A DNA stretch of 32,000 nt from a virus (IMGVR_UViG_3300020577_012950:36117-68116); one strand, 5' to 3'. Shown: positions 9,201 through 16,779, numbered from the stretch's first letter. Numbers and translations: made by a program. The notes: generated by a model from the letters alone, not told the origin.

Positions 9201-10122
9201 TGTGGGGGTGGGGCTTGGAAATAGAGTCGAGATGTTGCCACCACTCCTTCTCCTCCAGTTTGTTGGAGCGCTTGTCGCCCGGGTAAATCGGAAACACGGG
9301 CTCAGCGGCCAAGGTCTGATCGTCCGGAACTCCGGCGTAGCGCTGCTTGACGTTCGCACGCTGGATGTCCCTGAGTCTGGATGCGGTTTCAGGTTGATTG
9401 TGGATCTGCCCGACGCGGTGGATGTAGGTATACAGACCCTGCCCGGCGCCGCTCATCGGAGGAAGGCCACCCTGGGGCTTGTCCATGGGGACAGTATTCA
9501 ATCGAGTCCCGAGGCCGGCCTTCCCGGAGTACCCTTTCGTGGGCGTGAAGCCCTGCTCTTGGAGTTGATCAGCCAAGAGCACGTTGCCGACAAACGGCGG
9601 CTTCGCCTTCAAGAGCTTCTGCGTCTCAGCCTTGAGGTAGGCGGCAGCTTCTTCGACCGTGTACTCGCTCTTGTTGATTGGGTCCAGGGGGTGCTTCTGG
9701 CTCCAGTCGAAGTTGATGCGGGCGTAGCCGTGACCGGGGACGGTCGTGTAGAAGTCCGGGGGCGGGGTGTCGAAGTGCTCGATGGGGTTCTGCAGCTCGG
9801 CGCTGTGGTACTTGCCTTCGTGCTCACCGTTCGTGTAAACGAGCTTGTGCTGGCCGTTCTGGCTGTGGACCACCGACTCCTGGCCGAACATCTTCCCGAG
9901 CTGCTGCATCTGCTGCAGTGTCGGGTTGTGGACGATGTAGGAGCGTTCAGGTTCCTGGTACTTGCCACTGGTCTCTTCGGCGTGGAGGCCCATCTGCTGC
10001 AGGGCGTTACCGAGTGCCTCATGTCCGCCCTCAACCTGGGGTTTGAACAGGGGCTTCTCACCGCTCAGCAGGCCGAACGTGGATCCACTGAAAATGGGGT
10101 GTTTCGGCTGGCCAGCGTACAT
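6277..10122 (-). CDS. giant virion-associated-looking protein (1281 aa) with an HExxH metallopeptidase-type motif and Pro/Ala/Lys-rich low-complexity tail
   Basis: Start is set at ATG 10122 (MYAGQPKHPIF), just after the upstream stop (10127-10129). The track's 36-codon extension overlaps the previous gene. HELSH is encoded at 8784-8770 in the context GWRQIHELSHALTYPEVNKLYGEGRR. The C-terminal 250 aa or so are P/A/K/G-rich. Confidence 0.75.
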   Translation of the reverse strand: MYAGQPKHPIFSGSTFGLLSGEKPLFKPQVEGGHEALGNALQQMGLHAEETSGKYQEPERSYIVHNPTLQQMQQLGKMFGQESVVHSQNGQHKLVYTNGEHEGKYHSAELQNPIEHFDTPPPDFYTTVPGHGYARINFDWSQKHPLDPINKSEYTVEEAAAYLKAETQKLLKAKPPFVGNVLLADQLQEQGFTPTKGYSGKAGLGTRLNTVPMDKPQGGLPPMSGAGQGLYTYIHRVGQIHNQPETASRLRDIQRANVKQRYAGVPDDQTLAAEPVFPIYPGDKRSNKLEEKEWWQHLDSISKPHPHNYEWHDGHTDHNQEDLAAPQLPGLAKHGEPHPHMDAPPKNDQAAGVGVSTYKQFALPFGNVQPGKGSNLLHYPYESKLPQIEKLVSDHGFKTYYAGGKYGKPDLGNKNYNTGHLMVYDPTPASGGDFGHEAYTRGWRQIHELSHALTYPEVNKLYGEGRRIGKLGTHRTMNEALRAVHWEWLAAHKQRELSKQIGVNVKDEDFHRELNTVMHDAAHRAVTGKFTEPSGEGFVPHSHKVPLHTSLQMVRDAGHQLGLQGLHDVLGKNMQKNDIKKALPGQPQAPTAPALHNSVEGFMGGLKALPKGDPARGRFITSHMHHPAFLSALHAHPQGKQIHSMLTQHLNSVQNAGLGVGAKVTMKKELQKAWPKDEKENIANASGFANEPVARDQFYENGGTGDFKEHTAPAVKLPDIEEAVVPTFMTSSLQRRGHVNGQKMSLTARSLASLRARASKAGYTVQGDIGPRDVENSISDHNFTTTEQHLPGHSPATVPYAEHGTYHPKTAWTTQEPDYNPSRVRPAPSSEKDKQVAAKFWGKSETAISTAEGNNMSEKTYSIEEAQSILLKATREKVQAFETEIKALRDRELKKAAIPTHNHNQGMQASMGTEDVPPGKANGKGIDKTMKKTGPSTGPTPNMTTQAPGPAMAMSEKKAEALCKTCGKAHELNKCGDMKIGKSDLVDAKGKASDNHTVAGSKMPPAKTKVINAGTKKDPGSGGYILPGKALAKSLVDIQKSDSDPYNYYLVHKETGRVVGGNEDKEDAHDARKDHPEAKSLKVVHRSRVDAGSKAVFHDSNDNQEKNKLGKSIPGGPKLMGEDIQPGGNPGPTKNTSFAKAQPPMAKPPSGKNMGTAVPTSAPKAPAAPKAPAMKAELEKASLTPDVKRQMQSHAASTAPGFGAPAAAPVKLPGQAQQAARAQGFHAAAQGAFQPKAPVSSGLDTVARPPKVGTALPSLNSPKAAGVTKRAGIFGKLFPGK

Positions 10123-10126
10123 GGGT

Positions 10127-12001
10127 CTAAGATTGGGTTCGGGAAAGGGTGTCGAACTCGCCAATCCACAGGGCCTCGTCGGGGTTCGTGTCAGCGGGCA
10201 GAGTCTCTCCACCGATGACCCGGAACCCACCCGGATTCACGGCCCCGACAACCTGGCTCTCCTCTTTGGGCCAGTACTGCCGGCAGTACCCGGTCAGGTT
10301 CACGTACCGGGTGAAGGCGAACTCGGCCTCAGACTGGTCATCCTTGCTGAAGTCGGTGCTGCCGAACATCGTCCGCTCCAGCCCCTCGGTCTCCAGGTAC
10401 TGCTGCTTGTACCGGAGCAGACAGAAGACGAGGATGCTGTGCAGCCACGTCAAGTACACGGGCTCAGCGTCGACGTGGACCCCGATTTGGAACTGGTCCC
10501 GGTACCAGACAGACTCCAGGCTTCGGACCTGGTTGGGACGACGAGACTTGACAATGGCGCCACGCAGGTCCAGTCCAGCTTTGGGGGCGATACGGAAGCT
10601 CTCATCCTCCAGCACCTCCAGCACCTCATGCTCACCGCCTTGACGGTCGATGAGGAAGAAGCCGGTCAGAATCGGAACCCGGGTCAGGTCGGCTTCGCTG
10701 GGCCTGCCGATGCCCGTCGCCGGGTCATAGCTGGCCGGGGTGAAGGTGGCCAGGGCCGGCCAGGCCGCGTCGGGGTCCGGCTCGGAGCTGATGTAGTGAA
10801 TGTCGCCGAGCGTCACCTCAGACTCGGAGCTGCTCTGCAGCTTGATGCTGATACAGGGCGACTGGGCCTCGTCAAGAATCGGCACAGCCAGGACGGGGAT
10901 TTTGGTCCGCATGAACCAGCGGCTGGCCGCCTCAATCTCGCCCTCGTACTGGCCCCGAGTCAGGCCATCGCTGCGGAGCGTCGAGAAGACGTACTCCAGG
11001 AGCCAGGGGTTGCGGCGCAGGTCCTCCAGGGCCGAGACGATGCCGTTCCGCAGCACCAGCTCAGACTGAAAGATGCCCATCGGCTCAGGCTCAGTAGCTG
11101 CTGCGATGCTGGTGCTGGTGCTGAGTTCCGGCAGAACCTCGACGCTGACGCTGGAGACCTTCTCGGCGAAAGTCTTCGGCCAGTACTGTCGGACGTAGCC
11201 GGTCAGGTTCAGGTAGCGGCTGAACACGAATTCAGCCTCAAACATGGTGTTGCGGTCGAACTCAGCAGCCGAGAACACGGACCTCTCGAAGCCACGCGCC
11301 TCCAGGTACTGCTGCTTGTACCGGAACAGGCAGAAGGCAACGATGCTGTAGAGCCAGCTCAGGTAAACGGGCTCGCCATCGACGTGGACCCCCAGCTGGT
11401 AGGTTTCTCGGTACGAGCAGGACTCCAGGCTGACGGTGAATACTGGCCGCTGCCCCTTGATGGTCGTGGACCGAAAGTCAAGGCCAACCGTCGGTGCGAC
11501 ACGGACCTGGTCGTTGTCAAGGATTTCCAGAATCTCAGCTGCAGTGCCCTTGGTGTCGACCAGGGACATGCCCTCGACCAGGACCAGGGCGTCCTGAATG
11601 TCGGCAGGGATGGTCAAGATGCCGGTCGCCGGGTCGTAGTCGTAGATGCTGAAGTTCGGCACCAGGGCCGGCCAGGCGCTGTCGTTGTCTTCGCTGCTCT
11701 TGTAGTGGACGTCACCGAGCGTCACCTCAGCCTCATCACTGGCGGCCAGGGCGATGCTGATGCAGGGCGTCTTGGCTTCGTCCAGGCGGGGCGTCATCAC
11801 GACCGGAATTTCCTGCCTGAGGAACCACTCCTTGGCCCTGGCCTTCTCTGCAGTCGAAATCTTCGAGAAAACGGAGTCCAAGAGCTTGCCATCATTCTTG
11901 CGCAGCTCCCGCAGAGCCTGCAGAAGAGCGGTACGAATGATGATGTCGCTCTGGTGAATGCCAATGGCTTCAGACTGAATGCTGTTCGAGTCGATTGGCA
12001 T
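10127..12001 (-). CDS. virion (baseplate-region?) protein made of two homologous ~300-aa halves (624 aa)
   Basis: Both halves share blocks such as ...PCISI.L..S.E.EVTLGD.HY...AWPAL... and ...GVHVD.EPVYL.WL.SI..FCL.RYKQQYLE..G.ER..F....F......AEF.F.RY.NLTGY.RQYWPK. No family recognised. Confidence 0.75.
   Translation of the reverse strand: MPIDSNSIQSEAIGIHQSDIIIRTALLQALRELRKNDGKLLDSVFSKISTAEKARAKEWFLRQEIPVVMTPRLDEAKTPCISIALAASDEAEVTLGDVHYKSSEDNDSAWPALVPNFSIYDYDPATGILTIPADIQDALVLVEGMSLVDTKGTAAEILEILDNDQVRVAPTVGLDFRSTTIKGQRPVFTVSLESCSYRETYQLGVHVDGEPVYLSWLYSIVAFCLFRYKQQYLEARGFERSVFSAAEFDRNTMFEAEFVFSRYLNLTGYVRQYWPKTFAEKVSSVSVEVLPELSTSTSIAAATEPEPMGIFQSELVLRNGIVSALEDLRRNPWLLEYVFSTLRSDGLTRGQYEGEIEAASRWFMRTKIPVLAVPILDEAQSPCISIKLQSSSESEVTLGDIHYISSEPDPDAAWPALATFTPASYDPATGIGRPSEADLTRVPILTGFFLIDRQGGEHEVLEVLEDESFRIAPKAGLDLRGAIVKSRRPNQVRSLESVWYRDQFQIGVHVDAEPVYLTWLHSILVFCLLRYKQQYLETEGLERTMFGSTDFSKDDQSEAEFAFTRYVNLTGYCRQYWPKEESQVVGAVNPGGFRVIGGETLPADTNPDEALWIGEFDTLSRTQS
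10129..10135 (-). promoter_or_regulatory. YAATCTT element 6 nt upstream of ATG 10122 (leaderless geometry)
   Basis: Minus strand reads gaaccCAATCTTagacccATG. The element overlaps the TAG stop of the upstream gene. Confidence 0.4.
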
Positions 12002-14758
12002 CTACTTCCTCCGTGGCCAGATGGGGCGAAGCTGGATGCCGGCCAGGTTCCGGCGCTGTCGCGGCTGCGGCAGGTACTGGATGACAGGCGGCATACCCGC
12101 CAACGCCGTCAGGTCCGCACTGACCGTCGCCCTGGCCAAGATTGCAGCTGCGAAGCCAACCGGGGCCGTCAGGTCCGCATTGGCCTGGGCGGTGGCGGTG
12201 ATGCTGGCGTTGAGCAGCAGCTGGGTGCTGAGGTCGGCAGAGGCTGAGGCCTGAGCTGAGGCGCTGCCGGCCAAAGGAATCTGGGTGGTCAGGCTGGCAC
12301 TGGCAGTTGCAGCTGCAGCGGCAGCCGCATTCAGCCTCAGGGCCGTGGTCAAGCTCGCGGCGGCACTGGCCGAGGCGGCGACACTGCTGGCCATCAGGAT
12401 GGCGGTTGACAGGGCGGCTGAGACTGTGGCAGCAGTCGAGACGCTACCGTTGAGCAGAATCTGGGTTGACAGTGCCGCCGCAGCCGTGGCAGCTCCAGTA
12501 ACGGAAGCTGCGGGCCGAATCGCCGTGGTCAGAGCTGCGGCCGTAGTCGCAGAGGCCGAGACACTGGCGGCAGGAGTGATTTGGGTACTGAGACTGGCGT
12601 TGACAGTCGCAGCTGCAGCTACGGCGGCGACCAGGGCGGCAGCGTCACCGCTGAAGGTGGCGGTCGTAGTCGCAACGCCGGTGATGGCGGTTGCCAGCAG
12701 AATCTGGGTGCTGAGGTCCGCCGCAACCAGGGCCTGGGCCGAGACAGACGCAGCGGGGCGAATCGCCGTCGTCAGGGCGGCAGAAGTCGTGACTGCCGTC
12801 GAGACACTGGACGCCAGAGGAATCTGCGTGGTGAGGCTTGCGTTGACGGTGGCTGCAGCACTGATGCTGGCGGCCGGGGTGATTTGGGTGCTGAGGCTGG
12901 CGCTGGTAGTGGCTGCCGTCGAGATGCTGGCGGCCAGAGGAATCTGGGTCGTCAGGCTTGCGTTGACGGTGGCTGAGGTACTGACGGACGCCGCTGCAGT
13001 GATTTGAGTCTGAAGGGTTGAGGCCTGGGCGGTAGCTGAGGCCGAAACGCTGGCAGCTGGAGTAATCTGGGTACTGAGGGCTGCAGTGATGGTGGCTGCA
13101 GCGTTGATCGCCGCAGCTGCCGTAATCTGAGTCGTCAGACTGGCACTGACAGTTGCAGCGGCCGTGACGCTGGTGTCGAACTGCTGACCCGTAGCCGCCA
13201 TCGAGCCACTGACGGTGGCAACGCCGGTGATGGCCGCAGCCAGAGCAATCTGAGTCGTCAGGGCGGCGCTGGTAGTAGCGGCCGCGTTGACGGTTGCAGC
13301 CGGGGTGATGCTGGTCGACAGAGAGGCACTGACGGACGCCGCAGTACTGACAGAGGCGGCTGGCGTGATTTGAGTCGACAGCGCCGCAGTCGTCGTAGCA
13401 GCTGCACTGATGGAACTCGCCAGAGGAATCTGGGTGGTGAGAGCCGCAGTCACCGTCGCAGCAGCGTTGACAGACGCAGCAGGGGTGATTTGAGTCTGAA
13501 GGGTTGAGGCCTGAGCGGTGGCCGCAGCACTGATGGCAGTGGCCAGGGCAATTTGTGTGCTGAGGGCTGCCGTTACCGTCGCAGCAGTGCTGATGCTGGT
13601 GGCCAGCGGAATCTGCGTGGTAAGGGCCGCAGCAACCGTGGCCGCAGCAGAGACAGACGCGGCCGGGGTGATTTGGGTGCTGAGGTCGCCGGTCGTCGTA
13701 GCGGCGGTACTGATGCTCGACGCCAGAGGAATCTGAGTACTGAGAGCGGCAGTGACGGTAGCAGCCGCCGAGACAGAGGCAGCTGGAGTAATCTGAGTGC
13801 TGAGGTCAGCAGCGACAGTTGCTGCAGTGCTGACGGCAGCGTCAAGAGCAGCCGCAGTGCCGGTCGGGGTCAACGAGGCCGCAACAGAGGTGGAAACGGC
13901 AGCCGTGAGGATGGCTCCGACAGGCCCCAGAGCCGGACCTTGCTCCACGGTGTAGTTCGGAGTGCCAGAGCCGACACCGTCAACAAGGTCCGCGCCCGCA
14001 ACCGCCGTCAGCGGTGAGGCTGCCGTCATCGTAGACGGGAACCAGGCGCCGAGCAGACCCTCGTTTCGAATCGGAACGTCAGACTGCCATTCCCGCTCAA
14101 GCTCAGCCTGAGTCAGGGCTCGATTCCAGACACGGACGTGGGCGAGCCGACCATCAAACCATTCCAGGGCCGCTGAAGCAGTGCTGCCGATGCCCTGGTA
14201 GTTGTTGGCGCTGATGTTGGTGATGGCGCCACTAACCTTCGTCGCGGCCGTGGTGTTCTCTGGACCAATGTAGCCATCGACGTTGCCGCTGGTAATGACC
14301 ATGGCGACGCGATACCAACTGCCAACAGCCATGGCGCCGAGAGTGACGACTGGCGTCGGACTGACATGGTCGTAGATGACCAGCGTCGTGCCGTCGACGT
14401 CAGTAATCAGCTCGTTCCACTGCGTGCCGATGTTCTCCGCAGAGAGAATGCCGGAGTAGGTGTTGCGGTCGTTGGTGATGCGGGCCCAGCCGCACATCGT
14501 CAGCGGGAAGGTCTGACCGGTGGTAGCCAGCTGAACAACGTCTTGCTGACCGTCGACACGGAAGGCATTGTTTGGGAGGGTGGCTGACGCCGTCGCCGCA
14601 GTGCTGACCGCCGCATTGAAGAAAACCGGCGACATCAGAACAGCCGATGTCACAGTACAGCTGGCGCTGACAGCTGCGCTGAAACCGTCATCCTCCGTGA
14701 GGGCGTAAGAGCCGTCCTCTAGGAGAAGTCTGTCAGTGCCGTTTTCTAGAAGGAACAT
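12002..14758 (-). CDS. tail fibre-like protein (918 aa) with an N-proximal LamG/concanavalin-like domain followed by about 30 tandem 20-aa Ala/Thr/Ser repeats
   Basis: LamG-type motifs are WYRVAMVITSGNVDGYIG and FDGRLAHVRVWNRALTQAELE. Repeats of the type ALSTQITPAASVSAAATVTA alternate with ALTTQIPLASSISTAATTTA. Confidence 0.8.
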   Translation of the reverse strand: MFLLENGTDRLLLEDGSYALTEDDGFSAAVSASCTVTSAVLMSPVFFNAAVSTAATASATLPNNAFRVDGQQDVVQLATTGQTFPLTMCGWARITNDRNTYSGILSAENIGTQWNELITDVDGTTLVIYDHVSPTPVVTLGAMAVGSWYRVAMVITSGNVDGYIGPENTTAATKVSGAITNISANNYQGIGSTASAALEWFDGRLAHVRVWNRALTQAELEREWQSDVPIRNEGLLGAWFPSTMTAASPLTAVAGADLVDGVGSGTPNYTVEQGPALGPVGAILTAAVSTSVAASLTPTGTAAALDAAVSTAATVAADLSTQITPAASVSAAATVTAALSTQIPLASSISTAATTTGDLSTQITPAASVSAAATVAAALTTQIPLATSISTAATVTAALSTQIALATAISAAATAQASTLQTQITPAASVNAAATVTAALTTQIPLASSISAAATTTAALSTQITPAASVSTAASVSASLSTSITPAATVNAAATTSAALTTQIALAAAITGVATVSGSMAATGQQFDTSVTAAATVSASLTTQITAAAAINAAATITAALSTQITPAASVSASATAQASTLQTQITAAASVSTSATVNASLTTQIPLAASISTAATTSASLSTQITPAASISAAATVNASLTTQIPLASSVSTAVTTSAALTTAIRPAASVSAQALVAADLSTQILLATAITGVATTTATFSGDAAALVAAVAAAATVNASLSTQITPAASVSASATTAAALTTAIRPAASVTGAATAAAALSTQILLNGSVSTAATVSAALSTAILMASSVAASASAAASLTTALRLNAAAAAAATASASLTTQIPLAGSASAQASASADLSTQLLLNASITATAQANADLTAPVGFAAAILARATVSADLTALAGMPPVIQYLPQPRQRRNLAGIQLRPIWPRRK
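12095..13912 (-). repeat. in-frame tandem 60-bp (20-codon) repeat array, about 30 imperfect copies, inside the fibre gene
   Basis: The periodicity is read directly from the translation. Two alternating subtypes (ITPAASVS and IPLASSIS) give a rough 120-bp super-period. A few units have 21 aa, and there are two longer interruptions. Confidence 0.85.
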
Positions 14759-14769
14759 GCGTCACCGCC

Positions 14770-15687
14770 CTACCAACAGGTGATGATGACAAGTCCAGAA
14801 CCGCCGTCTCCGCCTCGACCACCAGTCGTACCGCCGCCACCGCCGCCACCACCACTGCCGTAGCCACCGTTGCCACCGTTGCCACCGACACCGGCGTTGG
14901 AGGCCGAGCCACCGGTTCCGCCGAAGCTGAACAGAGGCTGCCAGATGGTAAAGCCGTCGCTGCCGGCATTGGAGCCCGCAGCCGGAGTTGCAGGCCGCTG
15001 CTCGCTGAGCCAGGAATTGGTGATGGCCGTCCAAGCTCCACCGGCAAAGTCAGCGCTCGTAGTGCCAGCTCCACCACTACCCCCGGTGCAAATGACGGAG
15101 GTTGTAGGAATGGTCTGGGCCGTACCGTTGGCGCCGGCGACAGCTCCACCGGCGACACCGATTTGGCCCGCAATGACGTCAAAGTGGCCAAGGCCGGCCA
15201 GGGGCATGGAGCCGATGACAGCAATCGTGCCGGCCGTGCCGGCCGCGCCGACGGCAGCACCGGTGCCAGTACCGCCACCGACGGCACCTGCAGCACCACT
15301 GATGGCGACAACATTCGAGGCGGTCGTGTTTGGGGCAATGGCGACGTAACTGAGGACACCTGAGCCGGCCGTACCACCGCCCGAGCCAACGCCCTGACCG
15401 CCGGCGCCGACCTGCACGTAGAGACGGTCGGGAAGGAACTGGATGGGAATGGTGACTCGGGTCACAGCTGAGCCGCCGCCGCTTCCACCACCACCTCGGG
15501 CAGCTGCTGCAGCGGCCGTGAAACCGCCGCCACCACCGCCGCCACCGCCGATGCAGACGATGTTGCACATGCTGACGCCACGAGGCTTCAGCCACGTCAT
15601 CCACTGCGTGTTCGTCACAGTGGAGGGGCGGTTGAAGACCTGGACATCCGCATGGTTCTGACCAGGCAGGTGGCGCCAGTCGTTCAT
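14770..15687 (-). CDS. glycine-rich fibre/spike-like protein (305 aa)
   Basis: Start is at ATG 15687 (MNDWRHLPGQNHADV), 1 nt after the upstream stop. It has runs of G9 and G8, many GxGG repeats, and ends ...GGSGLVIITCW. The track's 55-codon extension overlaps the previous gene. Confidence 0.7.
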   Translation of the reverse strand: MNDWRHLPGQNHADVQVFNRPSTVTNTQWMTWLKPRGVSMCNIVCIGGGGGGGGGFTAAAAAARGGGGSGGGSAVTRVTIPIQFLPDRLYVQVGAGGQGVGSGGGTAGSGVLSYVAIAPNTTASNVVAISGAAGAVGGGTGTGAAVGAAGTAGTIAVIGSMPLAGLGHFDVIAGQIGVAGGAVAGANGTAQTIPTTSVICTGGSGGAGTTSADFAGGAWTAITNSWLSEQRPATPAAGSNAGSDGFTIWQPLFSFGGTGGSASNAGVGGNGGNGGYGSGGGGGGGGTTGGRGGDGGSGLVIITCW

Positions 15688-15688
15688 C

Positions 15689-16123
15689 TTAGTACTCTCC
15701 GCCGATGGGGCAGACAACCCAGCCAGCAGCAACAGCAGCACCGAGGCCGCAGTAGATGCGGAACCCCGGGGGCAGGGCCACGTTGATGGGGTAGTCGATT
15801 TCCACCGTGGCTGCCGTGGTGATGGCAGTCGTCGCCGGCAGGGAGACTTCACCGAAGAAGACGTTATTGGCCGCAGTGGTGTTCGCTGAGCCGTTATTGA
15901 AGTAGATTCGCATCACGGCAGCGACGTTCGTGCCGGCAGCCTTGAAGCGGAGACGCTGGATGAAGCTGCCGTTGGTGGCATCGGCGGTGAAGACCAGGGA
16001 GTTGTTGGCGCTGGCGCCGGTGTAGTCAGCGGCAGCAGCCGTGATGGCCTGGTTCATGCCGGTGCCGTTGTTGTTGCTGACGTCACCGAGCTTGCTGAAG
16101 ATGGGGAAGGTATTTGCAGCCAT
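15689..16123 (-). CDS. hypothetical fibre-module protein (144 aa)
   Basis: The ORF reads MAANTFPIFSKLGDVSNNNGTGMNQ... and is Ala/Asn/Thr-rich and beta-like. An AGGAG SD is present. It is tightly packed between fibre-type genes. Confidence 0.65.
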   Translation of the reverse strand: MAANTFPIFSKLGDVSNNNGTGMNQAITAAAADYTGASANNSLVFTADATNGSFIQRLRFKAAGTNVAAVMRIYFNNGSANTTAANNVFFGEVSLPATTAITTAATVEIDYPINVALPPGFRIYCGLGAAVAAGWVVCPIGGEY

Positions 16124-16135
16124 GTCGGACTCCTG

Positions 16136-16327
16136 CTAGGGCATCAACGCGCCCCTGGCGGCGAACTGCAGAATGCCCTGCATGTTGGCACGCAGGGTGT
16201 CGTAGGTGATTTTCTTGTTCGTACCTGAAGCCGCCATCGTGGTATCACTCTTGTCCACGAGAACGAACTCATCGTCCGTGGCAAGGTCCACGATGGCTGA
16301 CAGGCCTGAAATCTTGGTGTCAGCCAT
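16136..16327 (-). CDS. stand-alone tail-fibre N-terminal-type peptide (63 aa)
   Basis: MADTKISGLSAIVDLATDDEFVLVDKSDTTMAASGTNKKITYDTL resembles the N-terminal attachment segment usually fused to phage fibre/spike proteins. A GAGG SD is present. Confidence 0.55.
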   Translation of the reverse strand: MADTKISGLSAIVDLATDDEFVLVDKSDTTMAASGTNKKITYDTLRANMQGILQFAARGALMP

Positions 16328-16341
16328 TTAGGACCTCGGGC

Positions 16342-16779
16342 TTAGGCGATGGTGACGCTGAGGGCCGCAGCGGCGAAGCTCGGCGCCGGATCGCCGTTGT
16401 TGACGGTCTTCGAAGCCGTCAGGGCGCCGTGGACCAGCAAGTTGCCACCCGACGAAGCGTCAAAGATGCCGAAGTGGGTGATGACACCCCAGTTGGCGCT
16501 CGGCGTCGGGAAGGTGATGGCGCCGTTGTTCGAGCTGGCACCGCCGGTGCCGGACGAGGCGGCCGTCGAGCCAGCCGACTGAGTACCGGCCCAGTTCGCC
16601 AGGGAGGTGGTGATCGCCACCCGGGCATACGAGCCACCCGACACTTCGGTACCACCACCGCTGTCAGACGGGGCCGCAGTGAAGAGGGCCACGTAGATGG
16701 TGGCCGGCGCCGTGAAGGACTGGGCGCGGAAGATGAGGTCGGTGAGCTTGTTTTCGAGGTAGTCGCTGAAAGCAGACAT
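16342..16779 (-). CDS. conserved phage fibre-module protein (145 aa)
   Basis: MSAFSDYLENKLTDLIFRAQSFTAPATIYVALFTAAPSDSGGGTEVSGGSYARV...GVITHFGIFDASSGGNLLVHGAL matches a pattern I recognise from many phage tail-fibre gene clusters. It has an AAGGAG SD and its own YAATCTT element. Confidence 0.7.
   Translation of the reverse strand: MSAFSDYLENKLTDLIFRAQSFTAPATIYVALFTAAPSDSGGGTEVSGGSYARVAITTSLANWAGTQSAGSTAASSGTGGASSNNGAITFPTPSANWGVITHFGIFDASSGGNLLVHGALTASKTVNNGDPAPSFAAAALSVTIA

Noticed and set aside
8479-12247. Plus-strand ORFs of 579 aa (8479-10218) and 761 aa (9962-12247)
   Set aside because: They are antisense shadows of the 1281-aa and 624-aa minus-strand genes. They have the same Arg/Gly/Val/Leu/Asp-biased composition and would break the tight start/stop coupling seen on the minus strand.
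12095-13912. Regular 60-bp repeats considered as a CRISPR array or satellite
   Set aside because: The repeats are contiguous with no unique spacers. They are in frame inside a long ORF and diverge mostly in ways that preserve an Ala/Thr/Ser peptide repeat, so they are coding tandem repeats.
12002-16779. Diversity-generating retroelement targeting the fibre module
   Set aside because: No reverse transcriptase or template/variable repeat pair with adenine-specific differences is visible in the window. The repeat units differ at all base types. The binding-type domain is LamG-like rather than a C-terminal C-type-lectin variable region.
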